From Syntrophales bacterium (GTDB taxonomy: Bacteria > Desulfobacterota > Syntrophia > Syntrophales > UBA6807), in NCBI GenBank assembly GCA_040767195.1, contig JAXGPA010000007.1, positions 32,001-96,000 of the forward strand: DNA of 64,000 bases, written 5' to 3'. The notes below the pieces were generated by a model, which saw nothing but the letters and a program-made list of their open reading frames with translations, had not been told where the DNA came from and ran no database searches. Made by a program: the position numbers and the translations under genes. This document shows positions 11,448 through 21,546 of this stretch, one piece after another. Position 1 is the stretch's first letter, and the number at the start of each line of letters is the position of its first letter.

Positions 11448-12671
11448 ATGATTCTGGAATTCGCCTGGCGTAATATCTGGAGAAACAGGAGACGGACGGC
11501 CATTATCCTCACCGCCGTCGTCATCGGGGTGTGGAGCATGATTTTTCTGGGGGCCCTCATGCGGGGCATCGCGGACCAGATGGTGCGAAACGGCATCGCC
11601 ACCCTGACGGGACACATCCAGGTTCACCAGAAGGGATTCCAAGCGGATCCTTCCATCGAAAACCGGATCCGCGAGCCCGGGGAGATACGCCATGTTCTCG
11701 AGGAAACGCTGCCGGCAAAAAGCCTGTGGACCGCCCGCGTGCGGGTTCCCGCCGTGGCGGCCAACGCCCGCCACTCGGCGGGGGTCACCCTGGTGGGCAT
11801 CGATCCCCCCGTAGAAAAAGACCTCTCTTTCATCGGACAGGCCGTCCGGTCCGGCCGCTATCTCGAAAAGGAAGACCCCCGGGGGATTCTTGTCGGGGAG
11901 GCCTTTCTCCACCAGTTCGAGACGAGAATCGGTCACCGCCTCGTTCTCATGTCCCAGGACACGGCGGGGGAAATCGCCTCCCGGTCCTTTACCATTGTGG
12001 GAATATTCCAGGGGGAAATGGAGTCGACGGAGAAGGCCTATGCCTTCGTGACCCGGGAGGCGGCGCGGGAGATGCTCAAAATGGATGGTGCCGTCTCGGA
12101 GTTCGCCATCCTTCTCCCGGAAGAGAAGGACGCCGGACCGTTGGCGGCGAGAATCCAAAACAGCCTGCCCCCGGATTCGTACGAGGTCCTCACGTGGCGG
12201 GACATGCTCCCCCTGGTGAGTGCCGTTCTCGCCCTCTATGATCAGTTCATCTTCCTGTGGTATGTCGTCGTTTTCATCGCCATGGGCTTCGGCCTCGTCA
12301 ACACCGTTCTCATGGCGGTCTATGAAAGGATGCGGGAATTCGGCCTCCTCAAGGCCCTGGGCATGAGACCCCTCAGGATCGTCGGGGATGTTCTCCTGGA
12401 GGCTTTCTTTATCCTTGTCATCGGGGTCCTGGCGGGCAATGTCCTGGGCATCCTGTCCGTCCTGGCCCTGAAGACCCGGGGTATCGACCTTTCCGCCGTG
12501 TCGGCCGGTTCCGAATTCGCCGGCCTGGGCCGGGTGATCTATCCGACCCTGGAATTGAGGGACATTCTTCTCGCCAACGGAGTGGTCCTCATCCTCGGCC
12601 TCGTCGTCAGCCTTTATCCCGCTCTCCGCGCGGCCCGGTTCACCCCTGTCGAGGCCCTGGCCAGAACCTGA
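11448..12671 (+). CDS. ABC transporter permease, FtsX/LolE/MacB-like (paralog)
   Basis: FAWRNIWRNRRRT, ERMREFGLLKALGM, YPALRAARFTPVEAL. Confidence 0.9.
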   Translation: MILEFAWRNIWRNRRRTAIILTAVVIGVWSMIFLGALMRGIADQMVRNGIATLTGHIQVHQKGFQADPSIENRIREPGEIRHVLEETLPAKSLWTARVRVPAVAANARHSAGVTLVGIDPPVEKDLSFIGQAVRSGRYLEKEDPRGILVGEAFLHQFETRIGHRLVLMSQDTAGEIASRSFTIVGIFQGEMESTEKAYAFVTREAAREMLKMDGAVSEFAILLPEEKDAGPLAARIQNSLPPDSYEVLTWRDMLPLVSAVLALYDQFIFLWYVVVFIAMGFGLVNTVLMAVYERMREFGLLKALGMRPLRIVGDVLLEAFFILVIGVLAGNVLGILSVLALKTRGIDLSAVSAGSEFAGLGRVIYPTLELRDILLANGVVLILGLVVSLYPALRAARFTPVEALART

Positions 12672-12693
12672 TTGAGGAGGAAAAGAATAATCC

Positions 12694-13380
12694 ATGAACA
12701 TGGTTGAATGCCGGGATGTAAAAAAAATCTACCGCCAGGGGAAAATGGAGGTGCAGGCCCTGCGGGGCGTCACCCTGTCCATCGAAAAGGGCGCGTTCAT
12801 GGCCCTGGCGGGGCCGTCGGGTTCCGGGAAAACCACCCTGCTCAACATCATCGGGGGCCTTGACACCGCCGATTCGGGAACTGTCGTCGTGGACGGTGAC
12901 ACCCTCGCCGAGATGGACCAGGGGGACCTTGCCGACATGCGCCTCCGAAAAGTCGGGTTCGTGTTCCAGTCCTACAACCTCATCCCCGTTCTTTCCGCCC
13001 GGGAGAACGTGGAATTCATCATGCTCCTCCAGGGCGTTTCTCCCCGTGAGCGGCGGGAAAGGGCCCTGTCCATTCTCGAAGAGGTGGGGCTTGCCGGCCT
13101 TCACGACCGCCGGCCGGCGGAGCTTTCGGGGGGACAGCAGCAACGGGTGGCCGTCGCCCGGGCCATCGTTTCCGGGCCTTCCATCGTCCTGGCCGACGAA
13201 CCCACGGCCAACCTGGACTCCCAGACGGGTTCGGACCTCCTCGACATGATGAAAAAAATGAACGAGGAAAAGAAGGTGACTTTCATTTTTTCCACCCACG
13301 ACCGGATGGTCATGGACTATGCCCGGCGCCTCGTGCTGATCCGGGACGGACAGGTGGACGGGGACCACCCTCGGGAATGA
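12694..13380 (+). CDS. ABC transporter ATP-binding protein, LolD-like
   Basis: [28 protein letters not shown]. Confidence 0.93.
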   Translation: MNMVECRDVKKIYRQGKMEVQALRGVTLSIEKGAFMALAGPSGSGKTTLLNIIGGLDTADSGTVVVDGDTLAEMDQGDLADMRLRKVGFVFQSYNLIPVLSARENVEFIMLLQGVSPRERRERALSILEEVGLAGLHDRRPAELSGGQQQRVAVARAIVSGPSIVLADEPTANLDSQTGSDLLDMMKKMNEEKKVTFIFSTHDRMVMDYARRLVLIRDGQVDGDHPRE

Positions 13381-14762
13381 CGCTTCGTCTCTTTCACCGT
13401 TCCATGACCGTCTTCAGGGGACCGGGAGCGCCGTGGGCGCTGATTCTTCTGATCCTTCTGACCCCGTTCGTTTTCCCCGCCGGGCTTCCCGGGGGCGGCC
13501 GCGCCGGGGCGTCACAGGAGGAGGCGGGGGCCGGCTGGTCCCCGCCCGGGCGCTGGGGCGGGCACCTGAAACTCAAAGGGACATGGTCCCAGTCCCCCAC
13601 GGGCTCCCTCTATGATTTCCTGGGAGGCGGGTCGCTCCTGGACGGCGAGGGGAGCTTCCGCCTGAAAAACGACCTGGTGCCGGGAGAAGGGCTTCGCCTT
13701 GAAACCCACTACGAAATCGTCCTCCTTGGTGGCGACCGGTGGCGTAAAATAGCGGATCTCAAAAAAAGGTACCCTTTCCTGCCGGACCTGAAGGAATGGG
13801 GGATAGGGGGGACCGTCGAGGACGACAGGCGCCTGTTCGATTTCACGTCGACCCTGGAAGATCGGGACGACTACGGGCTTTACCACCGGCTGGACCGTTT
13901 CGTCCTGACCCTCTCCCGTCCCTGGGGGACTTTCCGGGCGGGACGGCAGGCGGTGACCTGGGGAAACGGGTTTCTCTTCAACCCCCTCGATCTCGTCAAT
14001 CCCTTCGCGCCTTCCGACATCGAACGGGAATACAAGATCGGCGATGACCTCGTGTCCTTCCAGCATCGTTTCGAAGGAGGCGGGGAAGGGTGGATCATCG
14101 TCGTTCCCCGGAGAAACCCCGGGACGGGAAGCCTTCTCTGGGAGCAATCCGCCCTGGCGGGGAAAATACACGTTGCCCTGGGAACGACGGAGATCGACGT
14201 CCTTCTGGCTAAAAACGGCGAGGACCGGGTTATCGGGATGGGAAGCTCCGGGTACCTGGGGCAGGCCGCCTGGCGGCTCGACGGCACCTGGACGGTCCCG
14301 GAGGGAGAGGACCCCGGCGGGGGGTACCTGTCCGTCGTCGCCAACATGGACTATTCCTGGGTATTCCTGGACCGGAACTTTTACGGCTTTCTCGAGGCCT
14401 TCTGGAATGGCCTGGGAACGGACGAATACGACGAGGTCCTGGAGGACAGCCGTGTCCGGGAGCGGCTGGCCCGGGGCGATCTTTTCACCCTCGGGAAGAC
14501 TTACCTGGCCGGTCATGTCCAGGTAGAACTCCACCCTCTCTGGAATTTTTACCTGACGGCCATCAACAACGTGGAAGATCCCTCGGGTCTCCTTCAGCCA
14601 CGGCTCGTCTGGGACGCCTCCTCTTCCCTTCGATTCACATTGGGGGGCACCCTTCCCTGGGGAGGGACGGGATCGGAATACGGCGGGTTCCCCATCCTGA
14701 ACGGTCTTTTGACCTACGGCCCGGAGGCCCAGGTGTTTCTCTGGGGGGCCTATTATTTCTGA
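13377..14762 (+). CDS. Putative outer-membrane beta-barrel protein
   Basis: Signal-like N-terminus, GRQAVTWGNG motif, amphipathic beta pattern, C-terminal AYYF. Confidence 0.7.
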   Translation: MTLRLFHRSMTVFRGPGAPWALILLILLTPFVFPAGLPGGGRAGASQEEAGAGWSPPGRWGGHLKLKGTWSQSPTGSLYDFLGGGSLLDGEGSFRLKNDLVPGEGLRLETHYEIVLLGGDRWRKIADLKKRYPFLPDLKEWGIGGTVEDDRRLFDFTSTLEDRDDYGLYHRLDRFVLTLSRPWGTFRAGRQAVTWGNGFLFNPLDLVNPFAPSDIEREYKIGDDLVSFQHRFEGGGEGWIIVVPRRNPGTGSLLWEQSALAGKIHVALGTTEIDVLLAKNGEDRVIGMGSSGYLGQAAWRLDGTWTVPEGEDPGGGYLSVVANMDYSWVFLDRNFYGFLEAFWNGLGTDEYDEVLEDSRVRERLARGDLFTLGKTYLAGHVQVELHPLWNFYLTAINNVEDPSGLLQPRLVWDASSSLRFTLGGTLPWGGTGSEYGGFPILNGLLTYGPEAQVFLWGAYYF

Positions 14763-14819
14763 AACAGCTTGTTCGATTTCTTCGAGAAAAGACGGGTTTC
14801 GGGGAAGGGCGCGGTCGGG

Positions 14820-14860
14820 TCACAAAAAAAAGCGGCCCTTCCGGGCCGCTTTTTTTGTGA
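14820..14860. terminator. Bidirectional intrinsic terminator
   Basis: TCAC-A8-GCGGCCC-TTCC-GGGCCGC-T7-GTGA between convergent genes. Confidence 0.85.
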
Positions 14861-14890
14861 AAAACAGACTCTTCGGAGATAACCCGACCC

Positions 14891-16045
14891 TCAGCGTATC
14901 AGCGTGTCAATGAAACAGGTGCTGCCGCCGCCAGTGCCCCCGCTCCCCGCTTCGGCCCGCTTGATGGCGACGCCGAGGTCCATGGCGCCCTGCGTGTCGG
15001 ATCCCACGAAACTGATGAATGTTTTACCCACATCCATCTTGCCGGTGGGGATAGTTCCCGTTCCGCCGTCTCCGGCTTCGATGGTTGCCGTCACAAGGCC
15101 GTTTGCGCTTATGCCGGCCTGGCCCCCCGTGACGTCGACGGTCGCGCCGTCCGGGGCCGTGTATTTGCCTCCCGTCACGTTCCCGGCGTCGTCAACGGTG
15201 AAATTGCCATACAGCCAGTAACTGCCCGTTGCCGGGTTCGTTTCAAAGAGGTAGACATACCAGGTTCCTTCCAGGTCTTTGGTCGAGAAGCTTCCGCCAG
15301 CCTTGATGGCGACGGCAAGATCCTGGGAGTTCTGGGTGTCGATTCCGACCATGCTGATGACTGTTTTACCGGCGTCCATCTTGCCGTAGGGAAAATTGCC
15401 CGTGAGCCCTCCCTGGGCTACGACCGTTCCCGCCAGCAGGCCGTCAGCGTCCATGCTGACCTGGCCTCCCGTGACGTTGATGGTCGTGCCGTCGGCGGCC
15501 GTATAGCTTCCCCCGCTGAGGTTTCCTTCATCGTCGACAATTAAAGTGGCGTGTACCCAGTATGTTCCCGCTGCCGGGTTCGTCTCCATGAGGTAGGCGT
15601 ACCAGGTTCCTTCAATATCATCTGTCGAAAAAGATCCCCCGCCTTTGATGGCGATACCAAGGCCCATGGAATTCTGTGTGTCCGCACCCACGAAGCTGAT
15701 GACCGTTTTGCCGGCGTCCATCTTGCCGGAGGGAAAGGTTGTCGTCCCCGCGCCCTGCGATTCAATGGTCCCTGTCAAAAGACCGTCCCCGTCCAGGCTG
15801 GCCTGTCCTCCCGTGACGTTTACGGTCGTACCGTCGGCGGTCTTATACGTCCCACCGGTGATGTCGCCGTCATCATCGACGGTGAAATTGCCGTAGACCC
15901 AGAATGTTCCCGCCATGGGGTTTGTCTCCATGAAGTAGGCGTACCAGGTTCCTTCCAGGTCGCTTGTTTCGAATCCCTGTCCGAAACAGGGGGTCGTGAT
16001 AATGGTCAGGCAGAAAACAATACTGAAAAAAAGAAATCTTTTCAT
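14891..16045 (-). CDS. Secreted protein with three ~114-aa beta-rich repeats and a Gly-rich CFI-box-like C-terminus
   Basis: Signal peptide; 3x (D[LI]EGTWYxY..ETNP..G..W....GKMD.GKT.IS.VG.DTQ); ends GSGGTGGGSTCFIDTLIR. Confidence 0.85.
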   Translation of the reverse strand: MKRFLFFSIVFCLTIITTPCFGQGFETSDLEGTWYAYFMETNPMAGTFWVYGNFTVDDDGDITGGTYKTADGTTVNVTGGQASLDGDGLLTGTIESQGAGTTTFPSGKMDAGKTVISFVGADTQNSMGLGIAIKGGGSFSTDDIEGTWYAYLMETNPAAGTYWVHATLIVDDEGNLSGGSYTAADGTTINVTGGQVSMDADGLLAGTVVAQGGLTGNFPYGKMDAGKTVISMVGIDTQNSQDLAVAIKAGGSFSTKDLEGTWYVYLFETNPATGSYWLYGNFTVDDAGNVTGGKYTAPDGATVDVTGGQAGISANGLVTATIEAGDGGTGTIPTGKMDVGKTFISFVGSDTQGAMDLGVAIKRAEAGSGGTGGGSTCFIDTLIR

Positions 16046-16539
16046 GGCAGTTCCTCCTTTCTGTCCGATTATATGGGGTTAAAGGAAAACTGAAAGCCAA
16101 CGCGTTTATTTCAGGCTGTTTACAAAGGGTTTAAAAGGTTTTTTTCCGGTTTCGGGTGTTCTTTGTCCTGTCTTTCACACCCGGATGGTTTGACTGAAAC
16201 TGGATTGAAAAATAGGCTAACTTTTTGAATTAAAGGAACATTTTGAAAATTATAATGGACTTTACCAAAACTTTCAATGAAAAAGTCAATATTTATTCTT
16301 GGCTCGTAAAATCCCGTGTTTGTTACAGGTGAACTGTCCTTTTTGGGATGGACGTCTATGGATGTGACCGATGGGGTGCCGATTTCAGGGGTGAGGAATA
16401 GGATATTAAAGAAGTGTGTGAACCGTCATGATGATTATGGAGCATCACTTTTTCCGGACATGCTTTCTGGTCGCCCGGTTTTATCGCCGGTAACGGTTCG
16501 GCAGGGGCTTCCTCACGACAGATCGCGTGCAGGCCTCTT

Positions 16540-17496
16540 TCAGATGTCGTGCCGTTCCTGGAGAGAGGCCGGGACGCTTTCGTGATCGCCCTGAACCGTG
16601 GGCCCTGGCGGGACCGACGACAGAAGCGCCACGATGTCCTTTCCGAAACGCTTGAGCTGCCGGGAGGAGAGGATCCCCGTCCGGCCCAGGGCATGAAGGT
16701 CCGCCGGGAAATGACGGCAGAGGGCCATGAGGGCCTCGTCGGAGAGAATGAGAAACCGGGCCGTGTTTGTCTCCCGGGCCTTTTCGAAGCGCCAGAGGTA
16801 AAGGCGCTTCAGCCGCGCCTTTTCCCGGTCGTCAAGGTCGTCGAATCCCTCGAGTCTTCGGAACCCCCCGGGGTTGTAGCTTTTTTCCCGCCAGCGGATG
16901 CTTTCCAGGGACTGGAATGTTTCGCCGGCCTGCTCGAGAAGGCCCTGGTCTTCCAGTTCATTTTTCAGTCGCTCGTGGAGGTCGAAAAGAAGAAAGGCGT
17001 CGCGGGCGGCGTAGAGAAGCTGGTCTTCCGCGAGAGGGCGGGCTTCCCACTTGGACCGCTGCATCCTCTTGGACTTGGGGACGGTGAGGCCGAGATAAAC
17101 CTCGAGGAGATGGGCCAGGGAGAGAAAGGGGCAGCCCAGAACGGAAGCCGCCCGGTGGGTGTCGAAGATGTTCCGGAAGACGAACCCGAAATCCCGGTGA
17201 AAGAGACGGATGTCATTGTCCCCGGCGTGGAGGATTTTCAGGATGGCCGGGTCCCGGAACAGCTTCCCCAGAAAGCGGAGGTCGAGACCGGACAAGGGAT
17301 CGAAAAGATAGACGGTTTTTCCGTCGCAGACCTGGATGAGGCAGAGTTTCTCCCGAAAGTAACGCAGGGAATCGTATTCCGTGTCCACCGCGAGGGCCGT
17401 AGCGGCGGCAAGGGCCTCCCGTGACGCCTCGACCAGGTCTTCACTGTCGACCCAGAGCCAGGAGACGGGAGGCGACGCGCCGTTTCCGCTCGTCAT
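16540..17496 (-). CDS. rnd: Ribonuclease D family 3'-5' exonuclease with HRDC domain
   Basis: AVDTE, CLIQV, HAGDND, FDT, YAARDA and C-terminal HRDC-like region. Confidence 0.88.
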   Translation of the reverse strand: MTSGNGASPPVSWLWVDSEDLVEASREALAAATALAVDTEYDSLRYFREKLCLIQVCDGKTVYLFDPLSGLDLRFLGKLFRDPAILKILHAGDNDIRLFHRDFGFVFRNIFDTHRAASVLGCPFLSLAHLLEVYLGLTVPKSKRMQRSKWEARPLAEDQLLYAARDAFLLFDLHERLKNELEDQGLLEQAGETFQSLESIRWREKSYNPGGFRRLEGFDDLDDREKARLKRLYLWRFEKARETNTARFLILSDEALMALCRHFPADLHALGRTGILSSRQLKRFGKDIVALLSSVPPGPTVQGDHESVPASLQERHDI

Positions 17497-17514
17497 GTTT
17501 TGACACCTTCCTGT

Positions 17515-18927
17515 TTATTCCTCCGCCTCCCGGAAAGACCAGCGCTTTTGCGCCCGGCGGGAAACGGCGAATCGATACCCCCAGCTTCCCGCGAAGAGGA
17601 GAACGGCCGAAAGCGGAAAAGTCAGAAGAAGGAGATCTCCGTGGTTTCCCAGTTTCAGGAAAAGACTCGCTCCGCCGCCGCCGATGAGGGCCGTCATAAC
17701 ACCAACATGATTAAATTTCAACCGGTCGGCGTAGAACCCCAGGATGACGGGGACGATGAGCCCGCCGGAATAGACGGTGTACCCTAAAAGGAGAGAGGCG
17801 ATGACCCCTTTCATTTTCAGGGCGATGAGAAGAGAGAGGATCCCGACGGCGACGACGACGATCCGGGACACCCGGAGAACGGACTTCTCCTTCACGGGAA
17901 GGCCGAAGAGCGGTTGGAGGACGTCCACCGTGAGGATGGTTCCCGTGGTGAGCAGACACGTGTCGGCGGAAGACATGACCGCCGCGAGGAGCGCCGCCAG
18001 GACGATTCCGTTGAGCCCCTGGGGGAGCGTGTGGAGCACCAGGGCTGGAAAGGCGCTCTCCGGGGGGATCTCCGGGAGAAGGATCCGCGCCGTCATCCCG
18101 ATCAGGGTGAGGAGGAACGCCGCCGGAACGAGGAACAGGGCCGCGGTGACGAGGGCCCTCCTGGCCACCCCGGGGCTCCTGGAAGAGAGGATCCGGGAAT
18201 AGATGTCCGGGCCGACGAGATAGGCGGCACCGACGAAGAGGAGAAAGGTGAGAAGATCCGTGGAGCTGAAGGCCGATGACGTGGGAAAATCAAGGAAGCC
18301 TGCGGGAAGGGCGGTGGTCATTTTTCCCCATCCGCCGGCGGCGGCGGACCCGAGGAAAAAGGTCAGGAGAATCCCGGCGAAAATGATGAGGGATTGAACG
18401 ACATCGGTCCGGAGAATGGAGTACTGCCCCCCAAGAACGGTGTAAAGGATAAACACCGCCGCGGCGAGAACCATGAATGCCTCCAGGTGTCCCGGCCAGA
18501 GGGCGGCGAGGATTTTGCCGGCGGCGATGATCTGGCCGGCGATGATTCCGAACCAGGCCGTGGCGATGACCAGGGAGGCGACGACCCGGGTCGATTTGCC
18601 GCCGTACTGTTTTTCCAGGATTCCGGGGAGGGTGTAGACGGCATATTCCCGAACCTTCCGGGCCATCCAGAAAGCGAGGAGCAAAAGGCCCGCCGAACCG
18701 ACCAGGAGCCACCAGGCCCCCACGAGACCCTTCTGGTAGCCCAGGCCGGCGAGCCCGATGGTGCTCGATCCCCCGAGGATCGTGGCGAGAAGGGACCCCG
18801 TGATGAGGAAGCCGCTTCCGGCCCGGTCGGCGACGAAAAAGCTGTCCGGTCCCTTTATTTTTCGGGCGCTGTATGCGCCCACGAGAAGCATGGCGATGAA
18901 AAAAACGGTGACGATGAGGCCGTTCAT
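17515..18927 (-). CDS. Sodium:solute symporter family protein (candidate biotin transporter)
   Basis: FFVADR, GGSSTIG, YTVLGG, AAVMSSADT motifs; about 13 TM; ATG 18927 overlaps the birA stop, GGAGG upstream. Confidence 0.88.
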   Translation of the reverse strand: MNGLIVTVFFIAMLLVGAYSARKIKGPDSFFVADRAGSGFLITGSLLATILGGSSTIGLAGLGYQKGLVGAWWLLVGSAGLLLLAFWMARKVREYAVYTLPGILEKQYGGKSTRVVASLVIATAWFGIIAGQIIAAGKILAALWPGHLEAFMVLAAAVFILYTVLGGQYSILRTDVVQSLIIFAGILLTFFLGSAAAGGWGKMTTALPAGFLDFPTSSAFSSTDLLTFLLFVGAAYLVGPDIYSRILSSRSPGVARRALVTAALFLVPAAFLLTLIGMTARILLPEIPPESAFPALVLHTLPQGLNGIVLAALLAAVMSSADTCLLTTGTILTVDVLQPLFGLPVKEKSVLRVSRIVVVAVGILSLLIALKMKGVIASLLLGYTVYSGGLIVPVILGFYADRLKFNHVGVMTALIGGGGASLFLKLGNHGDLLLLTFPLSAVLLFAGSWGYRFAVSRRAQKRWSFREAEE

Positions 18928-19928
18928 GGGCATTCCTCCGCCGGTTCCGATGATATGAGGTCCCCCGAATACACCTGCCGGGTGTCTCCCGTGTGTTCCT
19001 GTCGTATAAGGAGGATTCCCGCGTCGTCCAGGCCCAGGGCGACGCCCGTGACCGGAGACCCGGCTCCCGCCACGGTCACCCGCCGGCCGAAGAGGCCCGA
19101 CAACGCCATCCAGCGGTCTCTCACGGCGGAAAACCCGCCCGAGTTCACCTTCCGGTAATAGCCGTCGAAGAGACGGAGGAAGGAACGGATGACGGGAATC
19201 CGCGGGAAGACCTGTCCCGTCGACAGGAGAAGAGAGGTGGCCCGCCCGCGAAGCTCCCCGGGAAAGTCTTCCTCCGTTGCGGACACGTTGATTCCCAGCC
19301 CGACGACGACGAAGTCGACCATGTCCAGCTCGGCGTGGCTTTCCAGAAGGATGCCGCCGATTTTGCGATTCCCGATAATGAGGTCGTTGGGCCACTTGAT
19401 GGACACGGGGACACGGGACACCCCTTCCAGGGCCTCGGCGGCGGCGACGGCGGTGAGAACGGCGAGCCGGGGGAGCTCGCCGGGACTCAAGGGGGGTCTC
19501 AGGACGAGGGAGAGATAGATGCCCTTTCCATGGGGGGAAACCCATGCCCGGCCTTTCCGGCCTCTTCCCGCGGCCTGGCTTTCCGCGAGAACCAGGGTCC
19601 CTTCGGGGCACCCCTTGAAGGCCAGGTCCCGCGCGACCTGGCTGGTGGAAGGCGTCTCCCGGGGAAGGATGATCTGCGCCCCCTCGAAGAGCGTCCCTTC
19701 CAGGTCCCTGGATATTTCCCGGGCGAGAAGGAAATCGGGAAGGGCGGTCAGGAGGTACCCTTTCCGGGGGGCGGTGAGGACCTGGAAGCCTTCCTTTTTC
19801 AGCCGGGTCATGTGTTTCCAGACGGCGGAACGGCTGACCGACAGCCGCTGGCTGATCCGCTCCCCGGAAACCCACATCCCCTGGTTTTCCTTGAGAATGG
19901 CGATCAGGTCTTCCCGGATGGAATCCAA
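18924..19928 (-). CDS. birA: Bifunctional biotin-protein ligase / repressor (class II, N-terminal HTH)
   Basis: SGERIS...SRSAVWK HTH, GRGRKGRAW, KWPND, KIGGIL. Confidence 0.96.
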   Translation of the reverse strand: MDSIREDLIAILKENQGMWVSGERISQRLSVSRSAVWKHMTRLKKEGFQVLTAPRKGYLLTALPDFLLAREISRDLEGTLFEGAQIILPRETPSTSQVARDLAFKGCPEGTLVLAESQAAGRGRKGRAWVSPHGKGIYLSLVLRPPLSPGELPRLAVLTAVAAAEALEGVSRVPVSIKWPNDLIIGNRKIGGILLESHAELDMVDFVVVGLGINVSATEEDFPGELRGRATSLLLSTGQVFPRIPVIRSFLRLFDGYYRKVNSGGFSAVRDRWMALSGLFGRRVTVAGAGSPVTGVALGLDDAGILLIRQEHTGDTRQVYSGDLISSEPAEECP

Positions 19929-19978
19929 AAGTTTCTCCTGGCACGAAATGGCGGCTACATATCACCGGGGCCATCATA

Positions 19979-20008
19979 TGTCAACCTTGCATATTTTAAA
20001 GGTTGACA
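19979..20008. promoter_or_regulatory. BirA operator
   Basis: Palindrome TGTCAACC-N14-GGTTGACA about 50 nt upstream of birA, matching the known BirA-site architecture. Confidence 0.85.
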
Positions 20009-20080
20009 AGACTTGATTCGGATTTCCGGCCTCTTTGCCGATTGGCCGGGCGACGGCCCGGCGCGCGACGGCGGGGTTTT

Positions 20081-21235
20081 TCAGGACGGCTGTCCCCGGC
20101 GGGGGACAAGATAGCGGGGGACACGGGGAAGAAGCCACAGGAGAAAATCCCGGTAGGGGGCGGGATATTGGGGTATGAGGAAAAAACGGCGGAAGAGCTC
20201 GTCGTGGGCGGCGAAGGCCCGGAAGAAAGGCCCGGGGAAAGCGTAGAACAGTTTCGCCGTCATCCGGGAATAGAAGAAGGGGCGGTCGAATTCCAGGCGG
20301 CACCGATTCTCGTAGCGAACGAGGGGGCCTTCCCCGTCACCGGAAAGGACGGCGTCCGCCGCGGCCTGTCCCGCCAGCCTGCCCGAATGAAGCGCATAGG
20401 CGATCCCTTCCCCGGAAAAGGGGTCGACGAAGCCGGCGGCATCCCCCGCCAGGAGAACCCGGGAACGGCGGAGGATTCTCCGGAAACCGCCCGCCGGGAT
20501 CACGTGCCCCCGGGCGGGGGCGTCGGGAGGGAACCCGCACCGGTTGAGAAAAGACCTGAATATGGACCGGGCGCGGGCGGGATGTCTCGTGAAGGTTCCG
20601 ATGCCAACGGAAAAGGTGTCCCCCTGGGGGAATACCCACCCGTATCCGCCGTAAAGAGCGTCGAAGTATATTTCGGGGAGGGTTTTCGAGTGCCCTTCGG
20701 GGGATCGGTCCCGTTCCACGGGGATTTCCGAAACCAGGGAGACGCCGTATCGGCCGCTCCTGTCCCGTTCCCGGACCTGGCGTGTCAAGGGGCCCTGGCT
20801 GCCCTCGGCGATGATGAGGTATTTCCCGTCCCGGACGCCCCGGCTCGTGAAAAGACGGATTCCGTCGGGCCGCTCTTCGTATCGCAGGGCCCGCTCACCC
20901 TCGTGGAGAGCGATTCCCGCATCCACGGCCCGGCGGACCAGGTAATGGTCGAAAGCCGCCCGGGAGATCATCGTGGCGATCCGCGTCCCCGCCTGGCCTT
21001 CCAGGCAGTAGTCTCCAAAACGGAACCGGATGCCTGAAACTTCCTTCTTTTTCAACCCGTCCGGCAGCGGCTCTTCAATGTATCGGAGGGCTTTTTCCGA
21101 GAGGCCGCCGCCGCAGGGCTTGGGGCGGGGAAACGTCTCTTTATCGATGAGGAGAACGGACAGGCCCTTTTTGCCGCCCTCCCGGGCCGCCGTGCTTCCC
21201 GCCGGCCCCGCTCCCGCGATGAGAATGTCGTGCAC
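20081..21235 (-). CDS. Geranylgeranyl reductase family FAD-dependent oxidoreductase
   Basis: GAGPAG, PRPKPCGGG, GYGWVFP, GDAAGFVDPFSGEGI; start placed at GTG 21235 (uncertain). Confidence 0.88.
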   Translation of the reverse strand: MHDILIAGAGPAGSTAAREGGKKGLSVLLIDKETFPRPKPCGGGLSEKALRYIEEPLPDGLKKKEVSGIRFRFGDYCLEGQAGTRIATMISRAAFDHYLVRRAVDAGIALHEGERALRYEERPDGIRLFTSRGVRDGKYLIIAEGSQGPLTRQVRERDRSGRYGVSLVSEIPVERDRSPEGHSKTLPEIYFDALYGGYGWVFPQGDTFSVGIGTFTRHPARARSIFRSFLNRCGFPPDAPARGHVIPAGGFRRILRRSRVLLAGDAAGFVDPFSGEGIAYALHSGRLAGQAAADAVLSGDGEGPLVRYENRCRLEFDRPFFYSRMTAKLFYAFPGPFFRAFAAHDELFRRFFLIPQYPAPYRDFLLWLLPRVPRYLVPRRGQPS

Positions 21236-21546
21236 CTTTTTCGGTCTCCTTTTCGCCCCGAAGGAACCGGTCCGCCGGCTCTTTTCCGTTCCTTTATTTT
21301 CCCGCGGCCATTGCCATGGGCCTACGAGATGACTATATTGTCCCCGTGCCCGGCATGCCGGAAGGCAAAAACCGGGCGATTCACTGTCACGGACCGGGGC
21401 ATACACACCCATAATACAGGAAGGCCCGTCTTTCAATCCCCTCCTGTAAAAATGATGCGGCGCCGGGTCGGAAAAGGAAGACTTCCCCTTTTGAAAGAGA
21501 ACGGAAACTCTCGAAAAATAAAGCCCCGCCGCCGGGACGTGTCGCA

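Noticed and set aside
16120..16200. Possible c-di-GMP-I riboswitch upstream of the repeat protein (GTCAAACCATCC on the minus strand)
   Set aside because: Lacks the GAAA-capped stem and the GACGCAAAGC segment; the resemblance is only partial
16316..16585. 89-aa plus-strand ORF in the AT-rich gap
   Set aside because: No recognisable motif or RBS, and it overlaps the rnd 3' end
17515..19977. Apparent 820-aa fusion ORF
   Set aside because: The N-terminal part is an off-frame overlap of birA; the real symporter starts at 18927 with its own RBS
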